The notes under the pieces: generated by a model
Seen by the model: the letters and a program-made list of their open reading frames with translations, nothing else
What the model was told of the DNA's origin: nothing
Databases searched by the model: none
Made by a program: the position numbers and the translations under genes
Source of the DNA: Chitinivibrionales bacterium
Lineage (GTDB): Bacteria > Fibrobacterota > Chitinivibrionia > Chitinivibrionales > WJKA01
DNA length: 64,000 nt
NCBI GenBank assembly: GCA_038247415.1
Contig: JBBRUX010000001.1
Span: 64,001 to 128,000 of the forward strand
Direction: 5' to 3'
In this document: one piece after another, positions 63,737 to 64,000 of the stretch
Layout of the letters: each line of letters starts with the position of its first letter
How positions within the stretch are numbered: the stretch's first letter is position 1

Positions 63737-64000
63737 TTACGGCTTCGCTCCTATTTCCAAAAGTGAAGGTTCCTGTTTTTGCAAATATTTAACAACAAGC
63801 GCCGTGACAATTAATTCTATCCATCCAAAAACTAACACGTGTTCTCCTACCATTGCAGTAATGGCAACCTTCCACCCATAGGGGCAATAAAGCGATTGAC
63901 CCGATGCGGTATGGTGCAAAAAAGGCTGCAAACCAAATTCGAAGCCAGCACACAGCGATGCAACAACAAGCCCGATGTATCCTGCGATGCCAGCTGCAAC
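63737..64000 (-). CDS. cbiM: Co/Ni ECF substrate component CbiM/NikM, 3' part (start outside window)
   Basis: VAAGIAGYIG...GFEFGLQP...LYCPY...AMVGEHVLVFGWIE. Confidence 0.85.
   Translation of the reverse strand, partial: VAAGIAGYIGLVVASLCAGFEFGLQPFLHHTASGQSLYCPYGWKVAITAMVGEHVLVFGWIELIVTALVVKYLQKQEPSLLEIGAKP

Overview
Bacterial chromosomal window, mostly housekeeping genes. A Fibrobacterota/Chitinivibrionia-like organism is a tentative inference from protein styles, not proven. In order: the 5' part of an A2-type heme-copper oxidase operon (DUF2231-SCO-coxI), two beta-helix carbohydrate-active proteins, tRNA-Ser(CGA), uxs/rlmD/pfkB, a RelE/ParE TA pair with a nonsense-inactivated toxin, hisHF, glgP, recF-dciA-gyrB-surE-gyrA, an SLBB export protein, ftsE, surA, mfd, glyA under a ZMP/ZTP riboswitch, and uppS-cdsA-dxr. 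Next is an ~11 kb decaying accessory/defence island (41.4-52.6 kb): type I RM hsdM/S with truncated hsdR, ORF6N, Bro-N, dinD, protease, IS66 and HDOD remnants, a DUF5131/TcmP pair, and a divergent tyrosine recombinase with a duplicated N-terminal domain. The window ends with dusB, cca, rpoN-lipA-hpf and a Co/Ni ECF transporter. Two signals stand out. (1) Three different DNA-binding gene families in the island (ORF6N, Bro-N, DinD) each carry a 25-31 bp DNA palindrome inside the coding sequence. (2) A structured, modular intergenic repeat is shared between 2.76-3.11 kb and 58.2-58.5 kb.
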